Positions 1 to 14,041 of a stretch of DNA of 64,000 bases are shown one piece after another. The stretch spans positions 28,247 to 92,246 of the forward strand of contig MCFE01000337.1 of assembly GCA_002104905.1 (NCBI GenBank), in the 5' to 3' direction. The translations under genes were made by a program, and so were the position numbers. Positions within the stretch are counted from its first letter, which is position 1; each line of letters opens with the position of its first letter. This DNA is from Basidiobolus meristosporus CBS 931.73. Taxonomy: Eukaryota > Fungi > Basidiobolomycota. The notes below the pieces were generated by a model. The model searched no databases. It was not told the origin of the DNA and saw only the letters and a program-made list of their open reading frames with translations.

Positions 1-1852
1 GCTGTTGATGCCGATAGCCTACGAATTCGACCCGGAGATAGTGATCGGTTGGTAGTCGAGATGTACTTGGTTGCTAAGGGATGCCAGCTAATGGAATTGA
101 ACGGGAATTAGTGGCCTCGGGATTCAACGCGGCCTCAGGTTTGGCGGAAACTTTGGACATCGGAAACACGTGCTAAGCTAACCCACCGTACAAAGGGGAC
201 TTGATGGGGGGATGCTTCGTTACCCCCGCGTGCTACGCGCATCTCACTCACAAGCTGAAAACATTGGCTGGAGGGAAGGTGGTGCTAAGCCTGGAGGTGA
301 GGATCACATTCAAGGGACTTGCGAGATCGGTCTTGCTAACCAGCAATTTGATCAGGGCGGGTACAACTACGACATCATTTCCGAGTCCGCGCTAGCGTGC
401 GTGCGCGTGCTTATCGGAGAAGACCCGCCTCAATTGCAACCGGGAATCCCAAGCCCGATATGCGTGGAGACGGTGGAGAAAGTGGCGCAGATCCACTCAG
501 TTTATTGGAAATCCCTACGCGAGCTCAACATCAAATCCTCCTTCGCCGGTATGGAACCACATGGAGACACCGACCAGAGAACCCTATAGCTAATCTTGAC
601 TCGCTTAGATGGCCTGAAAAAGAGGGTGGAGCAGCGTCAGAGTAAGCCAACCTGTGCCGAATTTCCCAGCTGCCTATCCCCCTGACCCCGTTTGAACAGA
701 GTTATCTGCAGAGCGATCGAAGAAGCTCATCGATGAGTTCGGTCTCCTGAAGCTTCCCATCGCTGGGTCCAATGTGCCCGAGTTCTTTCACGAGGAAGTA
801 TTTCAAACGTACGTAGACACCCGCAAAAATGGGGCGAGGGAGCGGACCTAACGGATTACATTCTTCGCAGCGACCGAACACTCACCTCGTCGGTTTTGGT
901 GGTGTTTATTCACGACATGTAAGCATCGATCGCTGTCTCGATCCGAACTGAGCCCGATCTAACCTAGTCCCGCTCGCAGGAACCACAAGCAAGCTACATC
1001 GGCGCAAGAATCTGGCTTTGTATGTCCAGTTGACAATCACCCGTTGGCCGCGGCGATATACTAACCAGCCCGGCAGTTTGACATTGCCAACAGAATCCTA
1101 GGGAACATCCTCGTCAACAATTGGGAGCTCATCGACGTCAACATCCCATATTTGGTATGACTGCCAATGGACATGTCTCCACCACATCTGACTCTTCTCT
1201 GCAGGACGATTTCCAGGACGAAGATAGAAGAATCGTAGATCGCCTGATAAGCTACATCTGGGATCGATATATCAAGTAAGTGCCCATTGAAGCCTAGTGG
1301 CACAGCGAAAGCTCACGAAGCTGTTTTCCATAGAACCACAACCCAGAAGAAGATCGTCTTTGTTGCCACCGGATACGGCGCCGTATCAGTCGGGCATCTT
1401 ATCACATTGATAGGTAGAGAAGACGTAGGCAGGAGTTTCGCGCGCCACTTACTGACGCAGGATTTGTTTAGACGATGTACAGAAGTATTCCATGTTCATG
1501 GCGCTGATTCCCGGCGACGAGTTGCCCATGGTACCGCCAGAAAAGAGCGACTGGTTTTCGAAGGTATGCATCGCCGGTTCGGTTGTACGTGTGCGAGATA
1601 CTCATCCACATCCCTCCTCTGCCGCCACCCCTAGAATACCTATATTATGGTTGACCCCACGATTGCGAAGCAGCATCATTCAAGCTGCTTTGGCAGACTG
1701 GTTTCGAATGGTAGGTCGGCCACGTCCACTTTGCCGGTCAGCTACCTGCTAATCCTTTCTCTTCAGGAAACCTCCATGAATTTCCCATGAACACTCTGGC
1801 GCGGCTTGCCCAAGATATGTTTACACAGATCAAAGAGTGGCTCACTAGATAG
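1..1852 (+). CDS. HDA1: Class II histone deacetylase (Hda1/Clr3-like), 3' part, multi-exon, 5' end outside the window
   Basis: Manual splicing gives [58 protein letters not shown]|[25 protein letters not shown], the end of a class II HDAC domain. Further exons follow; the likely stop is TAG at 1850-1852. C-terminal exon boundaries are approximate. Confidence 0.85.
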
Positions 1853-2010
1853 TCCCGGTGTAACCCCCCACCACCCTAATCCCCTACACATTGTATCATA
1901 GTGATATGAATGTAGCCGAAACTAATCAACACCTCAACTCACTTCCATTATTTATTGATGCAGTAAATTGACTTTTTAATCCTTCGTCGGAATGGCTGCT
2001 GTTGGTTTCC

Positions 2011-5000
2011 CTAGCTAAGATCCATGAATTCTCCCAAACCACCATTCAGATAGCTCTCTTTGGCATCCATCTCCTGCAAGACGGTCTGGTATTCCTCGGC
2101 CAACGCGCCACTCTTTAGCTCGCTCAGGAACCCGACGAACTTGGGAGAGCTTGATGCCTCGGAGAGTTTCGAGATCACCGCAACGGCGCGAAGCGCAGAT
2201 CTGACAAGCTCCTGATGCTTTTCGACCTCCTGTTTCACCGAGGATTGTTTGATCTTGTGCTCGATGGTTGCTTTAAGTGGGTCCACACAATCGTCCAGCT
2301 TCTGCGCCACTGCAGCTGGAAGCACGCGCGCAAGTCGGATAAGCATGAGATGGGCAAGCACCTTGATGTCTTGTTGATCGCTAAGTCCCATGACCACCCG
2401 CTCCAAAAAGCCGAAAATCTCGATTCGATCCAGACAGTGGTCAAGAAGGGTGTACATGCACTCGAACGCTGCCTTTCGAATCTCAAGGCCCTCGTCGACC
2501 TTGTGTTTGAACGGGCCCATCTCGACCGTGTGGATTAGGTTGTCACGAACCACTGTTTCCTCGTACAGCAATGGAAGGAGTTGGTCGAGCACATCGCGAA
2601 TCAAATACGGCTTGTTGTGGGCGGCCGAGTTGAGGGTGGATAACGACATCTTGCGTACGTTTAGGTCGCCATCATGCATCAATGACAGGAACTCCACGAT
2701 CAATGGATGAAGCAAATCATCGAAACTCTGGGTTTGGTCGGTGAATGTATACCGGATTGCGGTAACTACGGTGCCTCGGGTGTGTGGCGAGGCCGACTGA
2801 AGCTGCGCTTTCAGATCGGGCAAGAATCTCTGTGGGCTAGTCAAGGTCATCTTGCCGATGCACTCGGCAACCACATTGCGTGTCCCTTCCTCTTGGGTAT
2901 CGCAGTTGGCAAATAGGAGCTCCCATATCTCGGTGTTGAATTGCTTGAGCACCTCGGCATCCTGCTGGTGGGAATGGCGGGTGATCAGCTCCTTCAAAGA
3001 GTGGAACAGAAGGTACTGCTTCTTGCTTTGTCCTTTAATCTCATCAATGATGATCGGAAGATATTTGGGAACATTGCCCACAGCAACGTTACCCAAAGCG
3101 AAAGCCGCTGCAGACTTGATTTCCTCCAATTGGGATGAGAATAGAGAAAGGATCAAGCTGTGAAGCTCCTCATTCTGACTTAGGTCAATCTTACGACCGA
3201 TCTCTCCCAAAGCCAGTAAGGAGAAGCACTTGAGAGAATCGGACGATGAGGGATTGTTGATTTCGTTGATGAAAGTGTTGACCGTCGCTTGACAATTGCT
3301 GGGCGAGTTTAGACACAAGGTGGCTGCACACTGGGCAATGATGGAATGCGATTGAGTGGTTGCACTAGGCTGCTCATGCTCGCCATCAGTGCGTACCAAG
3401 TTCATAAGACTATTCATCAACGGGGTGAAATCCCTCTCGTCCGTACGAACCAGGGTTGCGTATATCTTGAGAAGGCTATCCAAAGAGGTTCCTTGAATAA
3501 GAGGTGATTTGACCAGGTTGAGCAAGGACTCCAGAATGTCCTCCTTGACTTGCACCAACGAGCCGGGATTTACCTCCAATACAACACCAAGGGTGCTCAG
3601 AGCAAGGGGGAGCAAATGGAGATCCGAATCGGAGAGCAGTGGCCGGAGCTCCACAAGCACGCTGGTAAATGTTTCGGAATTAACATACTCGCCATATCTT
3701 TTCAGAAGTGCCTTGAGACAGATGAGACTCGAAGCCTTGATTTGTCGGTTGTTCTTTCTCAACAATAGGGCTACTTCGGAGATGGCCTCTAAGATTACGT
3801 CTTTGGTATCCTCATTACCGATGACTGGTGACTCCGCAATCATTGTGAAGGCTTTTACGGTGGTTAATCTAGTAATCTCATTCTTAAGTCTCTCCAGCAG
3901 CAATGGCATGCATTCCTTTAATTCGGGTTTCAACTCATCGCCTGTCTGGGAGAGCAAGACTCCTAAACAAGTTATCGAACGCTCCTTGACTTCTTGATCA
4001 GCATCCGAGGTAAATAATCTGGCTAAGGTGGCTTTACAAATTTGCTGGATGTACGATTTGGAATTCTCTCCCAGAGGTGAGAGGTTGTAAGAGTCGGTGC
4101 TGGGAATATACACAATGGGACGAATCACCTTGATAAGCTCGTTGCACACCAACAATGCCTCGGAGGGGATCTTATAGAATTTGTCGTTGACAGAGGCAAT
4201 GATAGGCGGTGCAAGGCGCTCCAGGTGAGAGTTGAAAACGTGTGGTGGATGTGTGCGGAACAGTTGTCTCAAGAAAGAGAGAACCTCTATCTTCAGGTTG
4301 GAGCTGGTCCCAGAGCTCTGACTGGCGATTGTGGTTTCTGACCCGGCTAGGGAGGAACTGATTGCGGGAATGAATAGCGAGATTTGATAATCCAGGCCTC
4401 CGCGAAGTACCGTGATAAGTTCTCTTAGAAGGACGAAGCCGGTCTGTCTTGTTTGAATCGATTTCGAAGTTAGCTGCTTAGACAGGCTTTTGGCTAGCTT
4501 GGGCACCTGTTGACGAAGGAGTTGAGGCATGCTGTCATCAGTGTCCATTGGGTTGTGAAGTTTCCGGCGCTTAGCCTCGAAGACAATGTCATCGGCGTCT
4601 TGTGCCTCTTGCTCGTCTTTGGCATAAACGATTGTTTGTCGTAATAGAGTGATAAACGTCTGGAGAATATCCACACGTACGGTCTCTTCTCTTTCCTTGA
4701 ATCTGGCGATCAGAGCTGGAGCTACGGTCTCGTAAAGCTTAGGCAGTAGTTCGTGTCGAGTTGATATAATGGCAGAGAAAACTTTGGAAGCGGATCTTCT
4801 CACTTTCCACGAGATGTCATCGTCATCGGAGAACTCGCTGTCAAGATGGGGTTAGCAGCCGATCTTCTCGAATGGATTCAGAATTCGCCACCACATACTC
4901 ATCAAACTCATCTTCTTCATCCTCATCTTCATCCTCATCCATAGCATTCTCGTCGGCCTCGTCATCATCATCCGGATCCTCGAAGTTTGGATCGTACTTG

Positions 5001-6410
5001 ATATATTCTAGGCACAGGTCGATGATAGTAGGAATGTAGCGAGTGATCTCAGTGGGGCATCTCAGCACCAATGACTCCAAAGCCTTGTTTCACCAAATTC
5101 ACAGCGCACTTTAGTAACGAACAACGCAAGATATATCGCTCAAAGCTTTGATCCTACCTGTAGGCAGTATTCTCTGAGTTCGTCATCCTCCTCCTTGGCG
5201 TAAACAATCACAATAGGAAGGATCTCCTCCAGATACTTGCCCAATCTTTGAGCACTGAAGCGGCTGTATAATATAGCGGAGCTTAAGAGCGTGCTTTAGG
5301 ATGAAACTGTAAACCTATATCAGACTCACCTCACAGTTCCCACACAATAGATGAGAGTCTTGGATTTATCGTGAGAATTCTCGGTTCGCTTGAGCTCCAC
5401 CAAGAGTTTCTGTACAAGCTCGTTGAATAAATCGTCACCGATGTTAACAACCAAATTACCTAAACAGTAACGTATCATTGGTAAATGATTGACACGACTA
5501 ACCATGATTCTGATTCAGTGCTTACCGATGGCGACGGTGGCCCTCTTGCGGATCGCTGGTCGGGAATGATTCAACAGCAGAATTAGCGCGTTTTGGATGG
5601 AGCTTTGTAGTTGTGGATTGGCGACAAGGAGAATTCCGAAGCGAGACAGGACTTCGATCATCACATCCAGTGTATCTAGCTGAATTTCATAGATAGTGTT
5701 CTATCGTACACGGCATTTTAGAATAGGCAGGAGCACATAATAGCAAGAGCAACAAAAGTACATTATCGAGCTGTGAGATGAGTCGGGGGATAAGCCGTTG
5801 ACAGATATTCAGAGCTACAGTCGAATTGGATGGGATTTCAACAATCACAGTCTTCAGCCCTAAGAGTCATGGATTTCAGTACGTGTATGTCAGCACTTGC
5901 TCAATAACCACGCTGGTCTAAACGGAACATTACCGATGCTACCAATATCACGCTTTTCTTCGCGCTTCTGCACAGTGAACCCGCAAAGCTCGTCGACTAT
6001 TTCTTGAAGTTGCGCTTCATGTAACTTCTTAACTAGAGGGCCTAAACTATAACACCGCCACAAACAGGCGTATGCTTGATAAATCTTCCATATATCTGCT
6101 GGTGGTAAGCCAAAAGGAGAACTAACCACTTGATGGCAAGATTCTGCACCTCGCCATTTTTATCGTCCAGTAGTTTCAACACAGCAGCAACTACCTTCTT
6201 TTCAGTCGACTCCTCTAGTTGAAAGCTGTCCTTCTGGAGCTCGTTGGTCAGGTCGTTGGTGGCCATGTACCGAAAATCCGTGTCGCTGGAGGTCATCTAT
6301 GTTCAACATGCGGGTGGCAAAAAAATGAATAGCGGTTTCAAAGGTCAAAGGTGCACAGTAATTACTTTTTCCAGCAGCGAGGCCACCATGTACGCACTAG
6401 TATTTGCCAT
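2011..6410 (-). CDS. CAND1: Cullin-associated NEDD8-dissociated protein 1 (CAND1/TIP120), multi-exon
   Basis: First exon [15 protein letters not shown] (ATG at 6410) splices to [16 protein letters not shown]...[16 protein letters not shown]. The 930-aa last exon has HEAT repeats and the TIP120 tail [28 protein letters not shown]. Confidence 0.95.
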
Positions 6411-7293
6411 TTTTATTAGCAGGAAAACTTGAAAGGGCGTGGTCAAGAACCGATTCAGGTATACGTTGTTGTTTTTAACCTCTGTAATGAAGAGGCTTAA
6501 GCTGGATTTGTCCACATCACCATAATTGTGGCATAAAAACTCGTTTAATTGGGAAACGTCATCTGGGATAAACCGTGACGTCATGTTTAAATGCCGGGTA
6601 CCTTTGGCATAGCAACTAAATGATGTCTAGATGCTCGATGACTGTTTGATGTTGGTCAGATGTTTTTGGCTAGACTTGGTTATCTTTAACGGTAAGATTT
6701 AGGCTAAATGTTGGTTATCTTATACGGCAACAATGTAGTACGAATTAATATGTCAAGTAGAGTATAGGGTTTGGGACTTAGGACTTGGGATTTGGGACAT
6801 ATCAATAAGACCAGGCTAGGGTTCCACAAGGAATCATTGCACATGGACGCACATCCAATAAGTGCATCTTTCTGATATGAAGACTCACATCTGGTGCGAA
6901 CCCTGCCTAAAACATACCATCAATGTGCACCAATTCATGGAAAGGGTTAACTTCATGGCGAGCGCATTAATGTGTGCCTGATAGACCACATAGATTAGGT
7001 TTCGCATGTATAGATCTGTGACTTTAGTACCTGACCCCCAATATTCGAGTGTTCCAAAATTAGATGGTTATCAGCGCTATTTTTACACCATTCGACAGCA
7101 GTATTGGTGGATTGGTGGATTGGTGGATGTTGACCTGAACTCCACATGAATCCTCCTATAAAACCTCCAGATTCGCTTCGTTTATTGCGATTTCCTGACT
7201 GAGAAGCTGAACCCCTTTAAATCATTCTTTCACTCAACCAACAGACCTGGATTCATCAAACGACCATTTTGTGAGCCCAGTTAATCCTTAGAT

Positions 7294-8450
7294 ATGAAGT
7301 TTGGAAGCTTTGATCAAGTCTGTCGTGAGGTTCCGCTCACCGTGTGCTCCTTGCTGGGCGCCGACGGAAACGGAATAGAGCCCCACTGTTATGCGCGTAA
7401 CTTCGAATTTGCTGGCAAATTATTCTTCGAGTTCGGTTGGTTCACCTTGTTTCTCTATTATCCATTTGTACCTGGGCCTCAACGTTTTCTTTCAACAGCT
7501 GTCATGGTCATCTACATCGCCGCACTCGTGATGGGAATTATCATGATATATCACATCAAAACCAAGTATACGGCCGTCGGTGAGTCTTGGCCAAACCCTC
7601 CCCTTTATTCTTGTATCATTCTCACCCAGATGTTTGATAGGCCGAAAGGAAATGGTGACCTTCTTCATCTTGTATATGCTCACTACGCTTGTTGAAGCAC
7701 TTGTGGTCTCGGGGATTGTGCCGGCTTCTTCTTCAATCCAACCGGTACGTGTTATGCATTCAGCTTCAACCGCTTTTCACGACTTGCTCACAACACCATG
7801 TATCTGTAGTGGTTTGTTGCTGCCCACGTTGGTTTGCTCTCCGCCTCCATTTGGTGCCTGCTATTCAATGGCTTGGTCGGCTTCCAGATCTTTGAGGACG
7901 GAACCGCGCTGTCACTTTGGGTAAGTTCAGCGGAGTCCCCACGCGCGCACGCCACTCTATTTCTAAACGATGATATCATAAGGGCATCCGAATCTCTTCC
8001 CTGATCGTATTCGGAGGGGCATTCTTCGTTGCCATTGGCACTTTCAAGAACATGGTTGGCTTTCTTAGCCCATCCAACCCAATTCTGCTTTGGATCATTT
8101 ATTTCATCTTCAATGGTGCCGGGGTCCTAATCTATTTCATCCTTCAGCTCATCCTTGTCTTCAAAACCCTGGATGATCGTTGGCCTCTGGGCGACATTCT
8201 CTTTGCAATCGCGTTCTTCGTCATTGGTCAAGTCATTCTCTACATCTTTTCACAAGACATCTGCAACTACGCTACCCACTACATTGACGGCATGTTCTTT
8301 GGTGTCATGTGCACGCTCCTATCGGTCATGATGACCTACAAATACTGGGATTCCATCACCAAAGAGGATCTCGAGTTTTCGGTCGGGGGCAAGACCGCAC
8401 AGTGGGATGTCAAGTACGACATGGGCGGCTATAACAACGGCAGATACTAA
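7294..8450 (+). CDS. CHS7: Chitin synthase export chaperone Chs7, paralogue 1, multi-exon
   Basis: N-terminus MKFGSFDQVCREVPLTVCSLLG...IEPHCYARN; YTAV|GRKEM; C-terminus DDRWPLGDI...HYIDGMFFG...YKYWDSITKEDLEFSVG. Confidence 0.93.
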
Positions 8451-8692
8451 GCGACAAATCAGCCCATGAATCCCACCATATCTATCTTTAATCTGTCTCA
8501 CGCCAATAGACTGTTGTACATTCATAAGCAATTCTATCTCCAGCCTCTCATGCAAGAATAAATTCCTCCTCATTCGCTTCGTAAACCTTGTATCTTGCCA
8601 GATCGTGAGCCAAAATTCAATGGAAAAGCTGATTTCAGGGATGCATTGAGTTTAATGATTGAAAAGTCCTATTGAGATGTACTGAAGTGAAT

Positions 8693-9915
8693 CTAGAGCC
8701 GGGCGCTGCTAAGGGGCTTTTCCGGGTTCTTGTGGTAGATTTCGTCCATAGCGGCATTCTGCACCTCCCACTGGTCGGATTTCGAGTCGACCAGGTATTC
8801 GAGGTCGTCTTTGGTAATGGAGTCCCAGTACTTGTATACCATCATGATTGAAAACAGAGTGGCGGCCGAGGCGAAGAAGAGCCCGTCTAAGTAGTGGGTG
8901 ACTGCCTCGCATATCTCGTGCGAGAAGCCCAAGAGTCCAACTTGCCCTGCGATAAACGAGATTCCTGCAATCAGGATGTCCCCTACGAGCGAGATCAGCT
9001 CACGTGGCCCAATCGACGCAATCGACCCAATCAACCGACTGCTTACCTAATGGCCATCTATCGTCCAGAGTTTTGACCACCAAGATCACTTGCAAAATAA
9101 AGTAGACAGCAATAGCGGCACCATTGAGCACCACCATCACGATCCACAGGCCGACTGGGTTGGTCGAGTCCAAGTTGCCCCGGAAAGTCAGGATGGATAT
9201 GGCGAACACCCCGCCCCATACGAAAACCGAAGAAATCCGGATCGACTAGACAAACGCAGTTAGTTACCCAGGGGATTTCAGGTTATGACTGGCTCGCTTA
9301 CCCAGAGCGACAAAGCAGTTCCATCTTCGGCAAATTGGAAGCCCACGAACCCATTTAGTAACAAACACCAGACAGTGGTGGACATGAGGGCCACATGAAC
9401 CGCTGTAAACCACTGTGACATATACGGGATTAGGGCGAATGAATGGGAACAATTGCGCTGACGCTTACTGGATACACTCCGGATCCAATGGGTATAATAC
9501 CGGTAATCAGGAGCATTTCCATCAGTACCGTGGACGCATAAAGATAGAAGAACATGACCATCTCCTTTCTCCCTATCAGCCAAAAACATCTCATTAAACT
9601 CGAGTGGCTTTGGTTTGGCCTGATATGGGAAACCCACCGACTGCTGTATACTTCATTCTGATATTGTAGATCATGATTATTGTCATGATCAACGCCACCG
9701 CATAGACCGTAAACGTTCCTTAAACGAATTTAGCTACATCGGCCGTGTGGAAAGCAACTGAAGTGGCTACCTGGTTGTAGAAGGATGAAGCCCCCAATGT
9801 CCACGTTTCTAGAGTAGCAGGTGGGCACTGTTCTACGATCTAGTGGGCCAACTAGAGGGCACACTGTGAGGGAAATTGTGCGACAGATATTGTCGAAGCG
9901 GCCAAGCTCAGCCAT
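8693..9915 (-). CDS. CHS7: Chitin synthase export chaperone Chs7, paralogue 2, multi-exon, convergent with paralogue 1
   Basis: MAELGRFDNICRTISLTVCPLVG...PTCYSRNVDIGG; LLNGFVGFQFAEDGT; DDRWPLG; HYLDGLFF...YKYWDSITKDDLEY. Confidence 0.92.
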
Positions 9916-10607
9916 GATACTATAAAAACAGAAAGTAACTCGACTCCTGCCAATTGCTCAAAATCTGAGAACCAACCAGTCTATGTGATTTAACGACGAT
10001 GTTGCGAAACCCTTGAAGAACCGGCCACTCGAGGCATATAAATGATCGATCGAGACACGGGGCTGGTTAAGGAGTAGCAAGTGTTTGTTGCGCAGGGGTC
10101 CCTGATTTTCCATTTCTCCTTGAGAAACAACAGCCTGAATGCGTCACTCCCACCGTCAACTGTACCCCTTTGCGAAGTAGATCGAAGATAGGCGTTGTTG
10201 CCTGTGTAGTCCGCCCCACTGTGTGCTTATTTTGAACATGCAAGCAAGCCTGTTACCGAGCCTATGCATTTAATATCAGATTGACCTTGCTAATATAGGC
10301 TAATTTATCCATCTAAAGCCACTGATTAATCTGGACATTATCCGGTGCTTGGTATGGGAAATTTTGCAGAATAGATTCCATATTTACCACCTGAATACAA
10401 CCATATATATTCAACCATGCTCGTGATTTGATGGTTGATGTGCCACGGAACGCTCGGATTACCATATCCTGTGATTTGGTCTTGGTAGAAGATTACGAGT
10501 CCCACCTTAAGCTAGATGAGTGGTGTGTCATGGAATTCAAGAATAGCATAAATAGCTTCTGCCACATAGGTTGGTTTCCAATTTTCTGAACCACTGGTGC
10601 TATCAAG

Positions 10608-12270
10608 ATGACTTCCTCCTACCGTATTAATTACCAACTCCGGGCACACAAGCGTGACCCTTTCATCGAGTTTATCAAGGGAATGTTGCTCACTCCCTTC
10701 ACGCTTCACTCGAAGCCTCGCTACGAAGATACTCAAAGCGTCAGCGAAACGCACGATCAGAATCTCAAGAGATACACCGAAATCATGGCGAACATCGAAG
10801 TCCTCATCAACGTAGGTCTTCTTCCGTCCAGCCTCAGCGGTTACGGGTTCGCTAATCGAGATGTTTCCCATTGCAGGAACACATTGTCAAGCAAAATCAG
10901 GGTCTTGCTGATCACTCTCAACTATTCCGATTGATCCCCTCCATCGGTTCATTCTTCACACCGCTTCCATTGAAGGACGCGTTCTTACAAGCAAATGCCA
11001 AGCATTCGATTGCTGCCAGAAGATTTGTGCCACCCAGTTTCAACGATATCAGAAGGTATGTTTGCTTTGGGCAGATCGCATCTCGTTACCCGATGCTAAA
11101 ACATTCCCTGACCCCGATAGAATGCTGAACACAGCACAGGCTTCAGCCATCGCCCCACAACTGAAACTCATCACCTTGTACGTGGTTTAGTCTCGATCAT
11201 TTCCCACTTTTCTTACTAACTCGACCTTCTTTATCAACAAAGTGATGGAGATATGACGCTGTGTAAGTTAAACCTTGGAATTGCTTAAACTCCAGTTCGA
11301 ACGTATGCTCATTCAACCTAAAAATAGATGACGATGGAAAAGATTTCGCCAAAGACAGTGAACTGGTCTTGCTGTTGATCGAGCTATTGAGAAACAATCT
11401 ATATGTTGCTATTGTTACCGCCGCAGGCTATGGAAATGCTCACATCAAGTACGAATCCCGTCTGTCCGGTCTATTGGAGGGCTTCAGACAATCCCAGCTC
11501 ACTAAAGAGCAATTGTCGCGCTTCTACGTACTCGGTATGTTGTTCATTTGGGATTGGTGTGCACGATCTTTGGATAGCCACTAACCAGTCGACTGCCCTT
11601 CAGGCGGAGAGTGTAATTACTTGTTCCAATGCACCGAGTACTGTCGCCTTCAGTATATCCCCGAGGAGACCTACCAGCCACAGGAAATGAGAGCCTGGCG
11701 CCAGGATCACATACAAAGTTTGTTGGACGAGGCATTTAAAAATATCCAACAGTGCGTTGATGATATGAAGCTGCCAGTGAGTGTGATGCGCAAGCCCAAG
11801 GCAGTTGGTAAGTAAATCTTCGTAGCGTACGTTCCGAGCCAGCCGTTCTAAATTGCACCATAGGGCTATTGCCAAAGCCTGGAGTCAAGATCTTCCGCGA
11901 ACAACTGGATGAGTGTGTACTGTCGACTCAAGCCAGCATTCTGGAACATCAGCACGCCCATAACTACACCTTACCGTTCTGTGTATTCAACGGCGGCAGC
12001 GATGTTTGGGTTGATATCGGTAACAAGCTCATCGGTGTTCAAGTCTTGCAGCATTTCCTAGGGGCTGCTCCATCGGAGACACTGCATGTTGGTGATCAGT
12101 TTTTGTCCACTGGAAACGACTATGCCACCCGGCGAGCCTGCTGTACACTCTGGATCGTAAACCCAGAAGAAACCAATCAAATCCTCATTGAGCTTACACA
12201 GCTTCTCAACCAGCATCCCAATAGAAGCTCTCCAAAAATAGCCGCCGAAGAGTCAGTAAATGAGAACTGA
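10608..12270 (+). CDS. ISN1: IMP-specific 5'-nucleotidase, multi-exon
   Basis: MTSSYRINYQLRAHKRDPFIEFIKGMLLTPF; IVTAAGY; FNGGSDVWVDIGNKLIGV; TLHVGDQFLSTGNDY (HAD-family Isn1 motifs). Confidence 0.93.
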
Positions 12271-12710
12271 ATGTTCGATCACTCACACATCTGTCATCCC
12301 AATCATAGCCTCCTCTCCATCCGCTCTCCACCCCCTCTCACCGTGTACGTAGGAAAATAAAACTTGAATGCGAGTCAAACTTTGTGCACCAAACAATCCA
12401 ATTATTTGGATAAATTTAGGAAGCAAAACAAACCTAAGCCTCCTGAAGTTTGTTCTCAGCAGAGGTGGTATAATATGAATAAGCAGGCCAATCAATTGGC
12501 TTCATCATCCTTGGTGATACCTTGCACACAATTAGTCACGAGCTATATATAACCGAATATAATTAACCCGCCAGAGTATTATAAGTAGTTGCTGATTTCC
12601 AATTCACCGCCCATCACAGTTTACCCCCTCCTTCCCCTACTTCAAGCTGACTTCGCACGTTTTGCCCAGATACCTTCGCTCTCTCTTGACAAGTATGTAA
12701 ATTGCTTGCT

Positions 12711-13901
12711 ATGTTTTCTCCTCAAAAAGATTCTGCTGCTGCGACCATCCAAAAGATCTACCGTGGTTATTGGTTAGTGGTATTTCCTGAATTTTGTCCC
12801 AATCACGCTACTTTTTTTACCACGGCGGGTCCCCCCTCAATAGCCCCATCATCTGAAATACTGATTGCTTTCTATAAAGTCTTCGACGAGAACTTCAAGG
12901 TCTTACCCTAACTGCAGCCCGGTGGCATGAGATCCTTGAGTTCATCCGAGCTCATATGTTGAGTAATCAACAGCTTCAGAAAGATATATCGAAATCGGAG
13001 CGTGCTAGAAGACGTTGGCAGAAAGCGATCTTCTTCAGTGCGCGATTGGGAAGGGTAGCTGAACATTTTCTTCTGAACCCGGAATGAATGGATCCTAAAC
13101 TATTGAATTCTACCATAGGGAATCCTGGATGGCGACGCGGATTCTGCCTTACTTTTGAAAACCGAACACTGGCTAGAGTCGGTGGACATCGAACACCGGT
13201 ATGGCTCTAACTTACGGGTAAGCATCTCCCTAGTGATCTCTGGGACCGGATCTGTTGCTCACAAAATTGCTCTCGCTGTTCAGGCGTATCATGACCATTG
13301 GAAAGTGAAGGAGGACACCGATCAAAACTTCTTTTATTGGCTTGATTTCGGTAAAGGAAGAACGTTGGATTTGCCGGAATGTCCACGTAGCAAGCTGGAC
13401 AGTCAAAAGCTGGTGTACTGCTCGCTAGAGGAGCGAGAAAAGTTTCGCGTTACAGTGGATCCGGAAACACGCTTATTGGTTTACGCTAACTCCGGCCTTC
13501 CGGTTCATACCTTTCCGGAACCCCAGCCAGAATTGGCACCGGACGGTGCCCATGCCGACTCCATCGGATCGAATGGTGCCGACCAACAGAAAGCGCCCAA
13601 GGGCTTCAAATTCATCTACGTCATCTCGCCAGCAGGGAATCTGTACATTCATCGCAAGATCCGAGGCCGATTTCAGCACTCGAGTTTCCTGGCTGGACAG
13701 AGTGTGTGGGGTGCTGGTGGGATCGAGGTGGACCAAGGGAGGCTGCTCAAAGTCACCCTCCATAGTGGGCACTATCGGCCCACGGTTAAGCATTTGGATC
13801 GATTCATTGAATACCTCAAGGCTCAAGGAGTCGAGTTGGACCACGTTGTGAGGGAAACCTTTAAAAACAAGGCTATGAAAGGCACCGAGCCTAAAGTGTA
13901 G
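12711..13901 (+). CDS. IQ-motif protein of the IQM (plant IQM1-like/fungal) family, multi-exon; start uncertain
   Basis: IQ motif AAATIQKIYRGY; HWLESVDIEHRYGSNL; FFYWLDFGKG; HSSFLAG...GAGGIEV...LHSGHYRP. Confidence 0.8.
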
Positions 13902-14041
13902 CCTTCACTTGGCACAATAAATGATTTTCTGGATGTACACATTAGTTACTGGTTTATTTTAAAGCCTGTCTTCGACCTGGGTATGATGAGGAGGGATGAA
14001 ATACATATATAGTTTAGGTTGGTTGGTTGGTTCGTGCCCGG

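Noticed and set aside
7105-7128. TTGGTGGA x3 micro-repeat upstream of CHS7
   Set aside because: Too short to interpret.
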